Source of the DNA: Desulfocapsa sulfexigens DSM 10523
Lineage (GTDB): Bacteria; Desulfobacterota; Desulfobulbia; Desulfobulbales; Desulfocapsaceae
DNA: 32,000 bases
Direction of reading: 5' to 3'
Assembly: GCF_000341395.1 (NCBI RefSeq)
Contig: NC_020304.1
Location: 2,460,001 to 2,492,000, forward strand
Shown: positions 10,036 to 17,407 of the stretch, in pieces
Layout of the letters: every line of letters starts with the position of its first letter
Numbering within the stretch: position 1 is the stretch's first letter
Made by a program: the position numbers and the translations under genes
Notes under the pieces: model-generated
The model's input: the letters and a program-made list of their open reading frames with translations, nothing else
Told to the model about the DNA's origin: nothing
Databases searched by the model: none

Positions 10036-11211
10036 TCAGCTTTTTATCTTCATCTTCTTCAGTACTATCTCACCAAATATAAATGCCGCCAGAAAAAAGA
10101 ATATTGCTCCAGTGGTGATCATGATTTCATGGAGACTGGGGCTGTATGGGTAGTATTGGGGGAGATCAACCACATTATACTGATAGTAATGGGGGATCAG
10201 TTGGCCAACTATTACCAGATCATAAAAGAGAACAAATGAACCAACAAGACAGGATATGCTGGCAATGGCCATCGTGGTTCTGTTTTGTACTCCGGCAACA
10301 CCAATAAGAATCAATGGCAGTACAACAGCCAGTCCCACCTCGCCTATCCAGAAATTCAAAAAGAAATTGCCCTGAACCAAGTTATACATAGCCTCAGGAT
10401 TTTTTGTGAATTCAGGAAAAAAACCACCCATAACCTTAATGCCGGTGAAATAGGCAATTGCCAGGAGAAGGACCATAAACAGTCTTCCCGTACTTTGAAT
10501 GGCGAGTTCTTCGGCCCGGTTCATGGGCTTTCCTTTCAGAAGTTTGGCGGCCCAGGTGAACAGGATCACCGCTGCGCAACCACAAAGCGTTGAGAGGGAG
10601 AGGAAATAGAGAGGCATGTAGTTCTCATTCCAGAAGCCTCTTTCGCCAAGAAGAGCCATGTCGGATTTCATGTTTAGATTTCCCATGGTCACCGTGATAA
10701 AGGCGATTATGGCAAAAAATCTCGCCATTTTTTCATTTTTTACCAGTAGGGCGAGAAAGTTAAAGAGCATAAAGATCAGGAAGAGGCTGTATATGGTGGT
10801 CTTCCACCATATATTCGAGGCAGGATGTGGGGATGAGAGTGCATTCAGACCTACCCGCCAGGGGTTCTCCAGTTCCAGAGTGATACACATAAGACCTGTG
10901 GCCATGGTGGCGAGAGACAGGAAGACGGTTCGTGGAATAATAGGTTGAAAAATTTCTATTCTAAAGACCTGTCCCAGAGAGGAAATGATACATAGTCCAG
11001 TGGAGAGGCAGGCAAAGAATACGTAAGGAGTGATAAGAATGCCCCATGGCACTTCTCTTGTCGTTCCAAAGGTATGGTGATGTCCAACCAGCAACGAGTG
11101 GAGGCCAAAAGAAAGGCCTATTATACTGAGTAGCGTGAGTCCTGTAAAAAGGAGTTCAGAAGTGCCGAGTAGTGAAGGTTTTGAATCAAAATTTTGCTCG
11201 ATTGTCATCAT
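10036..11211 (-). CDS. NrfD/PsrC-family integral membrane quinone-interacting subunit
   Basis: 391-aa polytopic membrane protein lying directly downstream of a Tat-exported NrfC-like FeS protein. AGGAAA SD upstream of the ATGATG at 11211. Confidence 0.8.
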   Translation of the reverse strand: MMTIEQNFDSKPSLLGTSELLFTGLTLLSIIGLSFGLHSLLVGHHHTFGTTREVPWGILITPYVFFACLSTGLCIISSLGQVFRIEIFQPIIPRTVFLSLATMATGLMCITLELENPWRVGLNALSSPHPASNIWWKTTIYSLFLIFMLFNFLALLVKNEKMARFFAIIAFITVTMGNLNMKSDMALLGERGFWNENYMPLYFLSLSTLCGCAAVILFTWAAKLLKGKPMNRAEELAIQSTGRLFMVLLLAIAYFTGIKVMGGFFPEFTKNPEAMYNLVQGNFFLNFWIGEVGLAVVLPLILIGVAGVQNRTTMAIASISCLVGSFVLFYDLVIVGQLIPHYYQYNVVDLPQYYPYSPSLHEIMITTGAIFFFLAAFIFGEIVLKKMKIKS

Positions 11212-11261
11212 GCTTTTCCTGTCTGTTAGGGTTCAGTTGCTGGTACGTTTTTTTGTCTGTG

Positions 11262-12023
11262 TCAGCTCTCCACGTAAAAGACATTTGGCAGGGTGTCCAA
11301 TTCAGGACGCAGTACCCAGAACACTTTCCCAGATGTATGGATCAGTTTGTAGGCATGGCTTGTCGGATCGGTGAGATCTCCGAAAACTCTGACATTTGCG
11401 GGACAGGCCGAGGCGCATGCTGTTGTTTTACCGTTGCTCTCCTTGAGTTTGCTGTTGTAGCAGAAGTTACACTTATCAACCGCTCTGATGGCTTCATCAA
11501 AATACCTGGCATTGTAGGGACATGCCGTCATACAGGTCTTGCAGCCAATACACTTGTCGGTATTCATCTGGACAATGCCGTTTACCGTATCTTTGTAGGT
11601 GGCTCTGGTTGGACAGACTCGTACACAGGGGGCATTGTTGCAGTGATTGCAAAGGATTGGCATAAAGACGCGCTCCCTATGATCGGGTGCTACCGGGACA
11701 CTGCGTTCAAGTACTGTTGTGCGGAAGCCATCATCAGGGACTTTGTTGGTGCTGCGACACGCTTCCATGCATTTTTCGCAGCCGATACAATGCTTTTCTC
11801 TGATAACCATTGTGTAGTGCGGGCTGTAGGGAGACTTGGTTGTCAGTATTTTCCCGCCGCTAAGGGCTCCCGTTGCATTATGGGCCGAAGTCAAAGAGAG
11901 AATTGTTCCTCCTAAAAATACACCCGTGATGGAGAGTCCAAGTTGCAGAAAACAGCGCCTCTCTTTTGAGGGAAGATTCTCTGTGCCTTCATTTTTTAAA
12001 TTTTTTAGATTCGTAATCTTCAT
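11262..12023 (-). CDS. Tat-exported 4Fe-4S ferredoxin-type subunit (NrfC/HybA/DsrO-like)
   Basis: Twin-arginine signal (SKERRCFLQLGLSITGVFLGG). Four Cys clusters: CIGCEKCMEAC, CNHCNNAPCVRVCP, CIGCKTCMTACP, CNFC...CASACP. Confidence 0.9.
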   Translation of the reverse strand: MKITNLKNLKNEGTENLPSKERRCFLQLGLSITGVFLGGTILSLTSAHNATGALSGGKILTTKSPYSPHYTMVIREKHCIGCEKCMEACRSTNKVPDDGFRTTVLERSVPVAPDHRERVFMPILCNHCNNAPCVRVCPTRATYKDTVNGIVQMNTDKCIGCKTCMTACPYNARYFDEAIRAVDKCNFCYNSKLKESNGKTTACASACPANVRVFGDLTDPTSHAYKLIHTSGKVFWVLRPELDTLPNVFYVES

Positions 12024-12060
12024 TCGATCCCCTTGGAAGTCAACTATCTCAAGTTATTGT

Positions 12061-13497
12061 TTAAGGCTCATCGTGGCACATGTTACAGTCCTGTCCGATG
12101 ATTTTGCCAAACTTCGTTTCATGTTCATCATCATGGCAGCGGAAGCAACCATAGCCGTCATCTGCATATTGATGTCCAAGATGTTGCCGGTATGTTCCCC
12201 AGGTGACTTTCATTTTTGGCCACACATTGTTCAGATATGCTTCAAGCAGAAAGGAACCTGATACAACTATCTCCTTTTCATGTTCTGCTACGAATTCGTT
12301 TCCATGACGTTTTGCAACATGTTCGAGCAGGTCTTCAACGATTTTTTCCGCTGCTTCATCCCTGCTGGAATATTCTGTTTTGAGAACACTCATACTGTCC
12401 TCACGAATTCCTGCTATTTCAGGGTTTATTTTCCTGGAGTGGAGACCAAAGTCTATTACTTCTTCGAGGCCATCATAGACGTGGGTGGGACGATTATGAC
12501 AGTCGATACAATCCATGGTTCGCCATTTAAGTGCCACTCCCTCTTCGGGCACTTCATCAGCGATTGAATATTCCTCTGTCACTCCACCGGGTCTGGTAAC
12601 CTTTATTTTTCCAATTTTGGTACGTTTCTCGTCAAGAGCCTGATATTCAACCTTTATGTCGTGACTGACATGCCAGTGAATACCTTCAAATTCGGAAGTT
12701 ATAGGGTTGCGCCCACCGATATGCAGGGATATTTCCTGGGTATCTGCATCGGTCTGATTGTCATTAGTGAAACTGATAAATTCTTTAACTCTCTTACCGT
12801 GGAACTTTTCTGGCCAGTGGCATGATTCACAGGTGTCCCGTGCAGGTCGCAGATGCTCAACGGGAGCAGGAATTGGTCTATTGAAATCCCCATCGATAAC
12901 TGCCTTTACCTGACGCAGTCCTGAAAGCTTGGCTTGGACATACCAGTTTGCTCCGGGGCCGATATGACAGGAAACGCAGGATACTTTTGCATGTGGTGAC
13001 CTCTGATAGGCCGTGTATTCTGGATCCATAACCTGATGGCAGACAACGCCACAGAAGTAGGATGAATCGGTAAAGTGGTATCCCTCATAGGCAACCAGAA
13101 TCAGAACAGTGATGTTGACTACTGAGAGAACAATAAAAAGTAAAATACCCTTTCTGTGCTCCTTATCAGCAAGGTCTATTTTCAGATGTTCCGTGTTAAT
13201 GAGGCTGTCTTTAAACCATTTTTTGCGTCGAAAATAGCAGGAGAGCGGGATAAGGCAGAGGCCAAACAGCATCATTGCCGGTAAAAAAAGAAAGGTAAAA
13301 ATAGCAAAATAGTGATTGGCTATTAATCCAGTGAGATGGCCGATGAGACCTAATATGATCAGGGTGATGGATACGGTTGTCAGTCCCACTCCCAAAAATC
13401 CGAGTGGGGTTTTCCAGGTACAGCCGAGTAAACGTTCCCAGGCACCCAGTTCCTGATCTCCTTTCCCGTCTCCGTTGTTCTGTTGCTGATCGCTCAT
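12061..13497 (-). CDS. Membrane-anchored multiheme cytochrome c (three N-terminal TM helices, NapC/NirT-like first heme pair, six heme-binding motifs)
   Basis: Motifs in order: CGVVCH (CX3CH), CVSCH, CESCH, CIDCH, CFRCH, CNMCH. Three hydrophobic helices within the first 150 aa or so. The start ATG overlaps the upstream stop as ATGA. Confidence 0.85.
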   Translation of the reverse strand: MSDQQQNNGDGKGDQELGAWERLLGCTWKTPLGFLGVGLTTVSITLIILGLIGHLTGLIANHYFAIFTFLFLPAMMLFGLCLIPLSCYFRRKKWFKDSLINTEHLKIDLADKEHRKGILLFIVLSVVNITVLILVAYEGYHFTDSSYFCGVVCHQVMDPEYTAYQRSPHAKVSCVSCHIGPGANWYVQAKLSGLRQVKAVIDGDFNRPIPAPVEHLRPARDTCESCHWPEKFHGKRVKEFISFTNDNQTDADTQEISLHIGGRNPITSEFEGIHWHVSHDIKVEYQALDEKRTKIGKIKVTRPGGVTEEYSIADEVPEEGVALKWRTMDCIDCHNRPTHVYDGLEEVIDFGLHSRKINPEIAGIREDSMSVLKTEYSSRDEAAEKIVEDLLEHVAKRHGNEFVAEHEKEIVVSGSFLLEAYLNNVWPKMKVTWGTYRQHLGHQYADDGYGCFRCHDDEHETKFGKIIGQDCNMCHDEP

Positions 13498-14423
13498 ATC
13501 TCTCCTCCATTTAAGCTTTTCTGTAAAATAGCCGCGCTTTTTTCACCATTTTCTATGATTTTATAGAGTATCTTTTTTTGTTCTCCTCCAACTTGTTCAG
13601 CCTCGCAGTAATCTGCCAGCAGTTGTGAATAATTTATGATACCGTTCAGTCTATTTGTGACTTCATTTACAATGGCAGAAAACTCGGTTTCTCTTCTGCT
13701 GGGGACAACAGGGGCTTGCTCGGTACCTTCTGCTGTCAGGAGCAGTTGATTGAAAGAGTGGATTATATTCTGAACTTCGACACTGTTTTTGTGCTCATTC
13801 TTGAGGTGAATCCGGGTTTTGTCCGTCAGGGCCTGGTGGCTTTGTTTCGAAAGAAAAATAAGAGGTTGAACTGACTTTTTGTAAAGAATAATCAGGGTGA
13901 AAGTCGTCAGGAAGATGATTAATCCCATAAGGACCAGAGCTTTTTTTTGATAATACATGATCCTGTTTTTCATTTCTCCGACGACAATCCGATCAAACTG
14001 AAGAAATTGACTGTTAATCTGACGAAGGAGGCCGAGAGTCTTCAGGGCAAGTGTCCTGTCTGCGGTGGTTTCAGCGCTTTTCTTGAGGTGGATGGAGATT
14101 TCTTCAAGATCAATTTTCTTTAAAAAAGAGAGTTTATATTGTGCCGGGATAAGACGGTTATCCAGTAAGGCAATATATCGTGTGTTGAGTTGCTCAACTT
14201 CCCGGGCGGCAGCAAGGAGCTGGGTGGAATTTTCGGAGAGAAGACCTTCGGTGGCCTGTTCGCGAATAGTTGAGTAGAGGAAAATGGTTTTCTCACTGTC
14301 CTCTACGATGGAATTGTAGGTACCCATAAGACGGTTCTGGGAATAGCCAGTAATTATGAGCATGGCAAGGAGCAGTGCTGTCCCAAGAAAGGCGGCTGTG
14401 CTTAAGCTACGCAGCGATCGCAT
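13494..14423 (-). CDS. Two-TM membrane protein with a periplasmic helical sensor-like domain and a C-terminal histidine-kinase DHp-like segment. It lacks the phospho-acceptor His and has no ATPase domain.
   Basis: TM1 AAFLGTALLLAMLIITG; TM2 ALVLMGLIIFLTTFTLIILY. The C-terminal EFSAIVNEVTNRLNGIINYSQLLADY resembles the H-box (compare GVAHEINNPITGIINFAQILLD in the kinase at 19197-20318), but has N where the His should be. The ORF stops about 45 aa later. Confidence 0.6.
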   Translation of the reverse strand: MRSLRSLSTAAFLGTALLLAMLIITGYSQNRLMGTYNSIVEDSEKTIFLYSTIREQATEGLLSENSTQLLAAAREVEQLNTRYIALLDNRLIPAQYKLSFLKKIDLEEISIHLKKSAETTADRTLALKTLGLLRQINSQFLQFDRIVVGEMKNRIMYYQKKALVLMGLIIFLTTFTLIILYKKSVQPLIFLSKQSHQALTDKTRIHLKNEHKNSVEVQNIIHSFNQLLLTAEGTEQAPVVPSRRETEFSAIVNEVTNRLNGIINYSQLLADYCEAEQVGGEQKKILYKIIENGEKSAAILQKSLNGGEI

Positions 14424-16290
14424 TTGTTTCCCGGAGATTTTGGGGCTGACTGCAGTTTTCCTTAACTGTGCAGGTGCTACAGCTTTGTTCTGGATTTGCT
14501 ACGGCTGCAGCCTCCTTTTTCAAGCTGCATTCGACTATGATCTCAAATTCCTCTCCGTCCAGCGTCTCTACCTGAAGGAGAATCTCAGCAAGATTTTTTA
14601 GAAGACACTGTTCCTGTTTCAATATTCGGACGGCCTCTTCATAGCAGCCTGTCAGGAGTTCGTTGACTTCTTTGTCAATTCGTTTTGTTGTTTCCACACC
14701 CATTATAAGACGACTTCCTGCGCCGCCAAGGAACCCACCGCTTTCCACGGCATAGGCCTGTGGTCCCAGGGTATTGCTCATGCCCCATTTGCATATCATA
14801 TCGGTGGCAATTTGAGTGGCTGTCAGAAGATCTCCCTGAGCGCCTGTGGTCTGCTCTTTGAATATAAGTTCTTCGGCTGCACGTCCGCCCATAAGTACTA
14901 TGATCTTAGTACGAAGGTACTCCTTTGAATAGGCAGGGTGGTCACTGATTGGCAGTTGTTGTGTCTGGCCCAGGGCCATGCCTCGTGGGACGATGGTGAT
15001 TTTGTGGAGTGGGTCGGATTTTGGAAGCTTGCTTGCAAGAATTCCATGCCCTGCTTCATGAAAGGCCAATATCTTCCGGTCTTCTTCACTCATCACCAGT
15101 CCCTTACGTTCAATTCCCATAAGGATACGATCACGAGCCCTTTCAAAGTCTTCATTAATTATCTGATCATTGCCTTTTCTGGCGGCCATAAGTGCAGCTT
15201 CATTTACCAGGTTAGCGAGTTCAGCACCGGTGAAGCCGGAGGTTGCCTTGGCGGTATCTTCTAGATTGACTTCCGGGTGCAGGGCAACCTTGTTTCCATA
15301 CACCTCGAGAATCTTCAGTCTTCCCTTCACATCTGGAGCCAGAATATTGATTTGACGATCAAAACGACCGGGACGTTTCAGTGCAGAATCCAGGATGTCG
15401 GGTCTGTTTGTGGCAGCAAGTACGACAATGGTATCTTCTGTGTTGAATCCATCCATCTCAACGAGCAGGGCATTCAGTGTCTGGCCCCGTTCTTCCTGGC
15501 CTCCTGCCGAGGCACCACCTGTTCTACTCGCTCCAACAGCGTCAATCTCATCGATGAAAACAATACACGGAGTGTTCTTCTTTGCTTCTTTGAAGAGATC
15601 CCTCACTCGTGAGGCGCCGACGCCGACAAACATCTCAACAAAATCGGAACCGCTGAAACTGTAGAACGGCACCTTTGCCTCACCTGCAACTGCTTTTGCA
15701 AGCATGGTCTTACCCGTGCCTGGGGGCCCCTGAAGCAGGATTCCCTTGGGAATGGTTGCACCAATCTTTTTGAAATTTTCCGGATATTTGAGAAAGGAAA
15801 CGATCTCTTCGAGTTCTTCTTTTGCCTCTGGAATCCCGGCTATGTCCTTGAAGGTTAGATTTAGATCCTTGCCGTTGAGGCTGATCAGCTTTTCACTGGC
15901 AAATTTGCTTTCTTCTTCTTTTTTAGTACGGTTTGATGACCACCATGTCGCCATGATCAGGAGAACCACAAAAACAGAAAGAATTGTTACGTAAATAATG
16001 GTAAACCTGTCTGCTTTTACAATAACGCGAATGTTTTTACCTTGGATTCTTTCCAGAAATTTACTGACATCCGGCACCGTTGTCACAAAAGTGTGATCCT
16101 CTCGATTGGTGAATGCAACTTTATTACCGGTAAACTCGAGTTTTACGATCTGATCGTTATTTAAATGCTCTATGACTTCGCTGTAATCCTGGCTGGGATG
16201 TCTGTGTTCAATAAACCAGAGTAGTGCCATAAACATGGCCAGGCCGGCAAAGAGAAAGCAGATAAGCATGTTGCGGACAAGAAGAGCCAT
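14407..16290 (-). CDS. ftsH: ATP-dependent zinc metalloprotease FtsH
   Basis: Two TM helices, Walker A GPPGTGKT, Walker B IVFIDEIDA, SRH TNRPDILDSALKRPGRFDR, zinc site HEAGH. The ATG at 16290 has an AAGGA SD, whereas the track start at 16335 is a GTG with no SD. The last 17 nt overlap the next gene. Confidence 0.95.
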   Translation of the reverse strand: MALLVRNMLICFLFAGLAMFMALLWFIEHRHPSQDYSEVIEHLNNDQIVKLEFTGNKVAFTNREDHTFVTTVPDVSKFLERIQGKNIRVIVKADRFTIIYVTILSVFVVLLIMATWWSSNRTKKEEESKFASEKLISLNGKDLNLTFKDIAGIPEAKEELEEIVSFLKYPENFKKIGATIPKGILLQGPPGTGKTMLAKAVAGEAKVPFYSFSGSDFVEMFVGVGASRVRDLFKEAKKNTPCIVFIDEIDAVGASRTGGASAGGQEERGQTLNALLVEMDGFNTEDTIVVLAATNRPDILDSALKRPGRFDRQINILAPDVKGRLKILEVYGNKVALHPEVNLEDTAKATSGFTGAELANLVNEAALMAARKGNDQIINEDFERARDRILMGIERKGLVMSEEDRKILAFHEAGHGILASKLPKSDPLHKITIVPRGMALGQTQQLPISDHPAYSKEYLRTKIIVLMGGRAAEELIFKEQTTGAQGDLLTATQIATDMICKWGMSNTLGPQAYAVESGGFLGGAGSRLIMGVETTKRIDKEVNELLTGCYEEAVRILKQEQCLLKNLAEILLQVETLDGEEFEIIVECSLKKEAAAVANPEQSCSTCTVKENCSQPQNLRETNAIAA

Positions 16291-16496
16291 ATAGCAGAGT
16301 CCTTTAGGTTGCCATAAAAGAATATGGAAAAGCACCAGCTGATAGAGTTTTAACTGCGTGGGCTTTTCCTGAGGGGAGCAGGTGAACCTCGAAATAGTGT
16401 CGGTAATGAAAGGTAGCTATGTTGCCTTACCGTTGACCATCCATGTTAGCCTTTTTATCACAGGTGGTTAAAATGAGGACTTCACTGTAGACACAT

Positions 16497-16521
16497 CCGC
16501 AGGGGTGAAAACCCCCTGCGG
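16497..16521. terminator. GC-rich 9-bp hairpin between the small-protein pair and the ftsH promoter region
   Basis: ccgcagggg (16497-16505) pairs with cccctgcgg (16513-21) across a 7-nt loop. The T-rich run (catatctttt) follows on the plus strand only, so terminator function for the minus-strand small ORFs is uncertain. Confidence 0.35.
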
Positions 16522-16574
16522 CATATCTTTTACTTCTATTCCCTCATTGGTTTTTATTTCCATTCCTGAAGATC

Positions 16575-16799
16575 TTACATACCACTTACAGCTTTGAGCC
16601 AGCCTCCAGCGAGCTGCAGGGGGCCACCTGCCTGAAACATTGCACTGGCAAGACAGGCGATGCTCCAGAGTCCAACAACCCCTGCAAATGCTGCTATACT
16701 TCCGATAATAACCTTGTCTATTTCGGTGGAAACTGAACTCGTCGTACTGTCTTGAACCGTTGATTTACTTTTTTGTTTAGTAAGTACTGTGTCATCCAT
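16575..16799 (-). CDS. Small (74 aa) single-TM protein, paralog 2 of a tandem pair; family not recognised
   Basis: ATG with a GAGAGGAAAG SD. Hydrophilic S/T/K-rich N-terminus, one TM helix (VIIGSIAAFAGVVGLWSIACLASAMF), then the conserved QAGGPLQL..G...KA..GM tail. Aligns without gaps to the upstream ORF. Confidence 0.65.
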   Translation of the reverse strand: MDDTVLTKQKSKSTVQDSTTSSVSTEIDKVIIGSIAAFAGVVGLWSIACLASAMFQAGGPLQLAGGWLKAVSGM

Positions 16800-16836
16800 T
16801 TTTCTTTCCTCTCATTGATGTGTTTGAAAAGTATCG

Positions 16837-17061
16837 TTACATTCCTGCCAGTGCTTTAAAGTAGCTTCCAACAAGTTGCAGGGGGCCACCGGCCTGGAAC
16901 ATGGCACTCATAAGACATGCGACACTCCATAATGCAACAACGCCTGTAAAGGCTGCAACGCTGCCAAGGATCACTTTGTCAATTTCAGCGGAGGCGCTTG
17001 TTGTTGTTTGTTCATGAGTCCTGGCCTGGCCTTTTTGTTTTGTCAGTGTCGCTTCACTCAT
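16837..17061 (-). CDS. Small (74 aa) single-TM protein, paralog 1 of a tandem pair; family not recognised
   Basis: ATG with an AAAGGAG SD 6 nt upstream. Same architecture as 16575-16799. Lies about 50 nt downstream of a sigma-54 promoter. Confidence 0.65.
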   Translation of the reverse strand: MSEATLTKQKGQARTHEQTTTSASAEIDKVILGSVAAFTGVVALWSVACLMSAMFQAGGPLQLVGSYFKALAGM

Positions 17062-17111
17062 GGGGTCTCCTTTGATGGTGTGAGGGGGATGTTCTGTTCT
17101 GCCTCTCTAGT

Positions 17112-17127
17112 TGCATGCTCCGTGCCA
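17112..17127 (-). promoter_or_regulatory. Sigma-54 (RpoN) -24/-12 promoter for the small-protein pair
   Basis: The minus strand reads TGGCACGGAGCATGCA against the consensus TGGCACG-N4-TTGCW. The GG-to-GC spacing is correct and there is a single mismatch (A for the first T of TTGC). The -12 element lies about 50 nt upstream of the ATG at 17061, and a sigma-54 activator gene is immediately upstream. Confidence 0.65.
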
Positions 17128-17196
17128 GAGTTATGAGAGAAACGGGAAAGAAAGACTTCGTTGTGGGGTAAATTCTCGATATTAAAGGGATAAATA

Positions 17197-17217
17197 ATGT
17201 GCCACAATGTGGTGCAT
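17197..17217. promoter_or_regulatory. 21-bp imperfect palindrome with a CCACA-A-TGTGG core; candidate activator or operator site about 90-110 bp upstream of the sigma-54 promoter
   Basis: atgtgCCACAaTGTGGtgcat. The 11-bp core is a perfect palindrome and the outer ATG/CAT also pair. A related CCACA..TGTGG palindrome sits in the kinase promoter at 20421-20442. Confidence 0.4.
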
Positions 17218-17248
17218 AATTGTGTGCCAGGAAAGACATTACTGGTGG

Positions 17249-17319
17249 TGTCCCAAATGTGTACCAGGGGTGTCCCGCCGATGTCCCACAACTGTCCCGG
17301 AAATGTCCCGTTGTGTCCC
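17249..17319. repeat. Array of seven direct hexamer repeats (six TGTCCC, one TGTACC; GGGACA on the gene strand) phased at 11 bp
   Basis: Hexamer starts at 17249, 17260 (TGTACC variant), 17271, 17282, 17293, 17304 and 17314. Spacings are 11, 11, 11, 11, 11 and 10 bp. The spacers between hexamers are not conserved. Confidence 0.85.
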
Positions 17320-17407
17320 TTATTGGAAATGAGATAAAATCTCAAATAGTTAGGGTAAAGGATGCATTGGTGCTAAGAGAGGAGAGAAGGACGGATGATG
17401 GTGTAGA

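Noticed and set aside
11172-11915. 247-aa plus-strand ORF
   Set aside because: It lies entirely antisense to the NrfC-like gene, whose Tat signal and four Cys-cluster motifs make it the real gene. The product is Cys/Ala/Gly-rich shadow sequence with no motifs.
16291-16335. Upstream extensions of the track ORFs for ftsH (GTG at 16335), the sigma-54 activator (TTG at 19219) and the LysE protein (GTG at 2644)
   Set aside because: In each case a downstream ATG gives a family-typical N-terminus. For ftsH and the activator it also has better SD context. The extensions add non-conserved residues.
16575-17061. Small proteins as double-glycine (GG) leader-type bacteriocin/RiPP precursors
   Set aside because: The GG lies after a full TM helix, at residues 58-59 of 74. 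The 15-aa tail has no Cys/Ser/Thr-rich core. No peptidase-domain ABC exporter or modification enzyme is nearby.
17169-17181. IHF-like site (minus strand TATCGAGAATTTA) between the palindrome and the sigma-54 promoter
   Set aside because: It has one mismatch to a degenerate consensus within an AT-rich stretch. This is too weak to call as a feature and is mentioned only as context.
17213-17229. Second TGGCAC...TGCA element (minus strand TGGCACACAATTATGCA) upstream of the small ORFs
   Set aside because: Its GG-to-GC spacing is one nucleotide longer than the canonical sigma-54 -24/-12 distance, which is normally invariant. The element at 17112-17127 fits properly.
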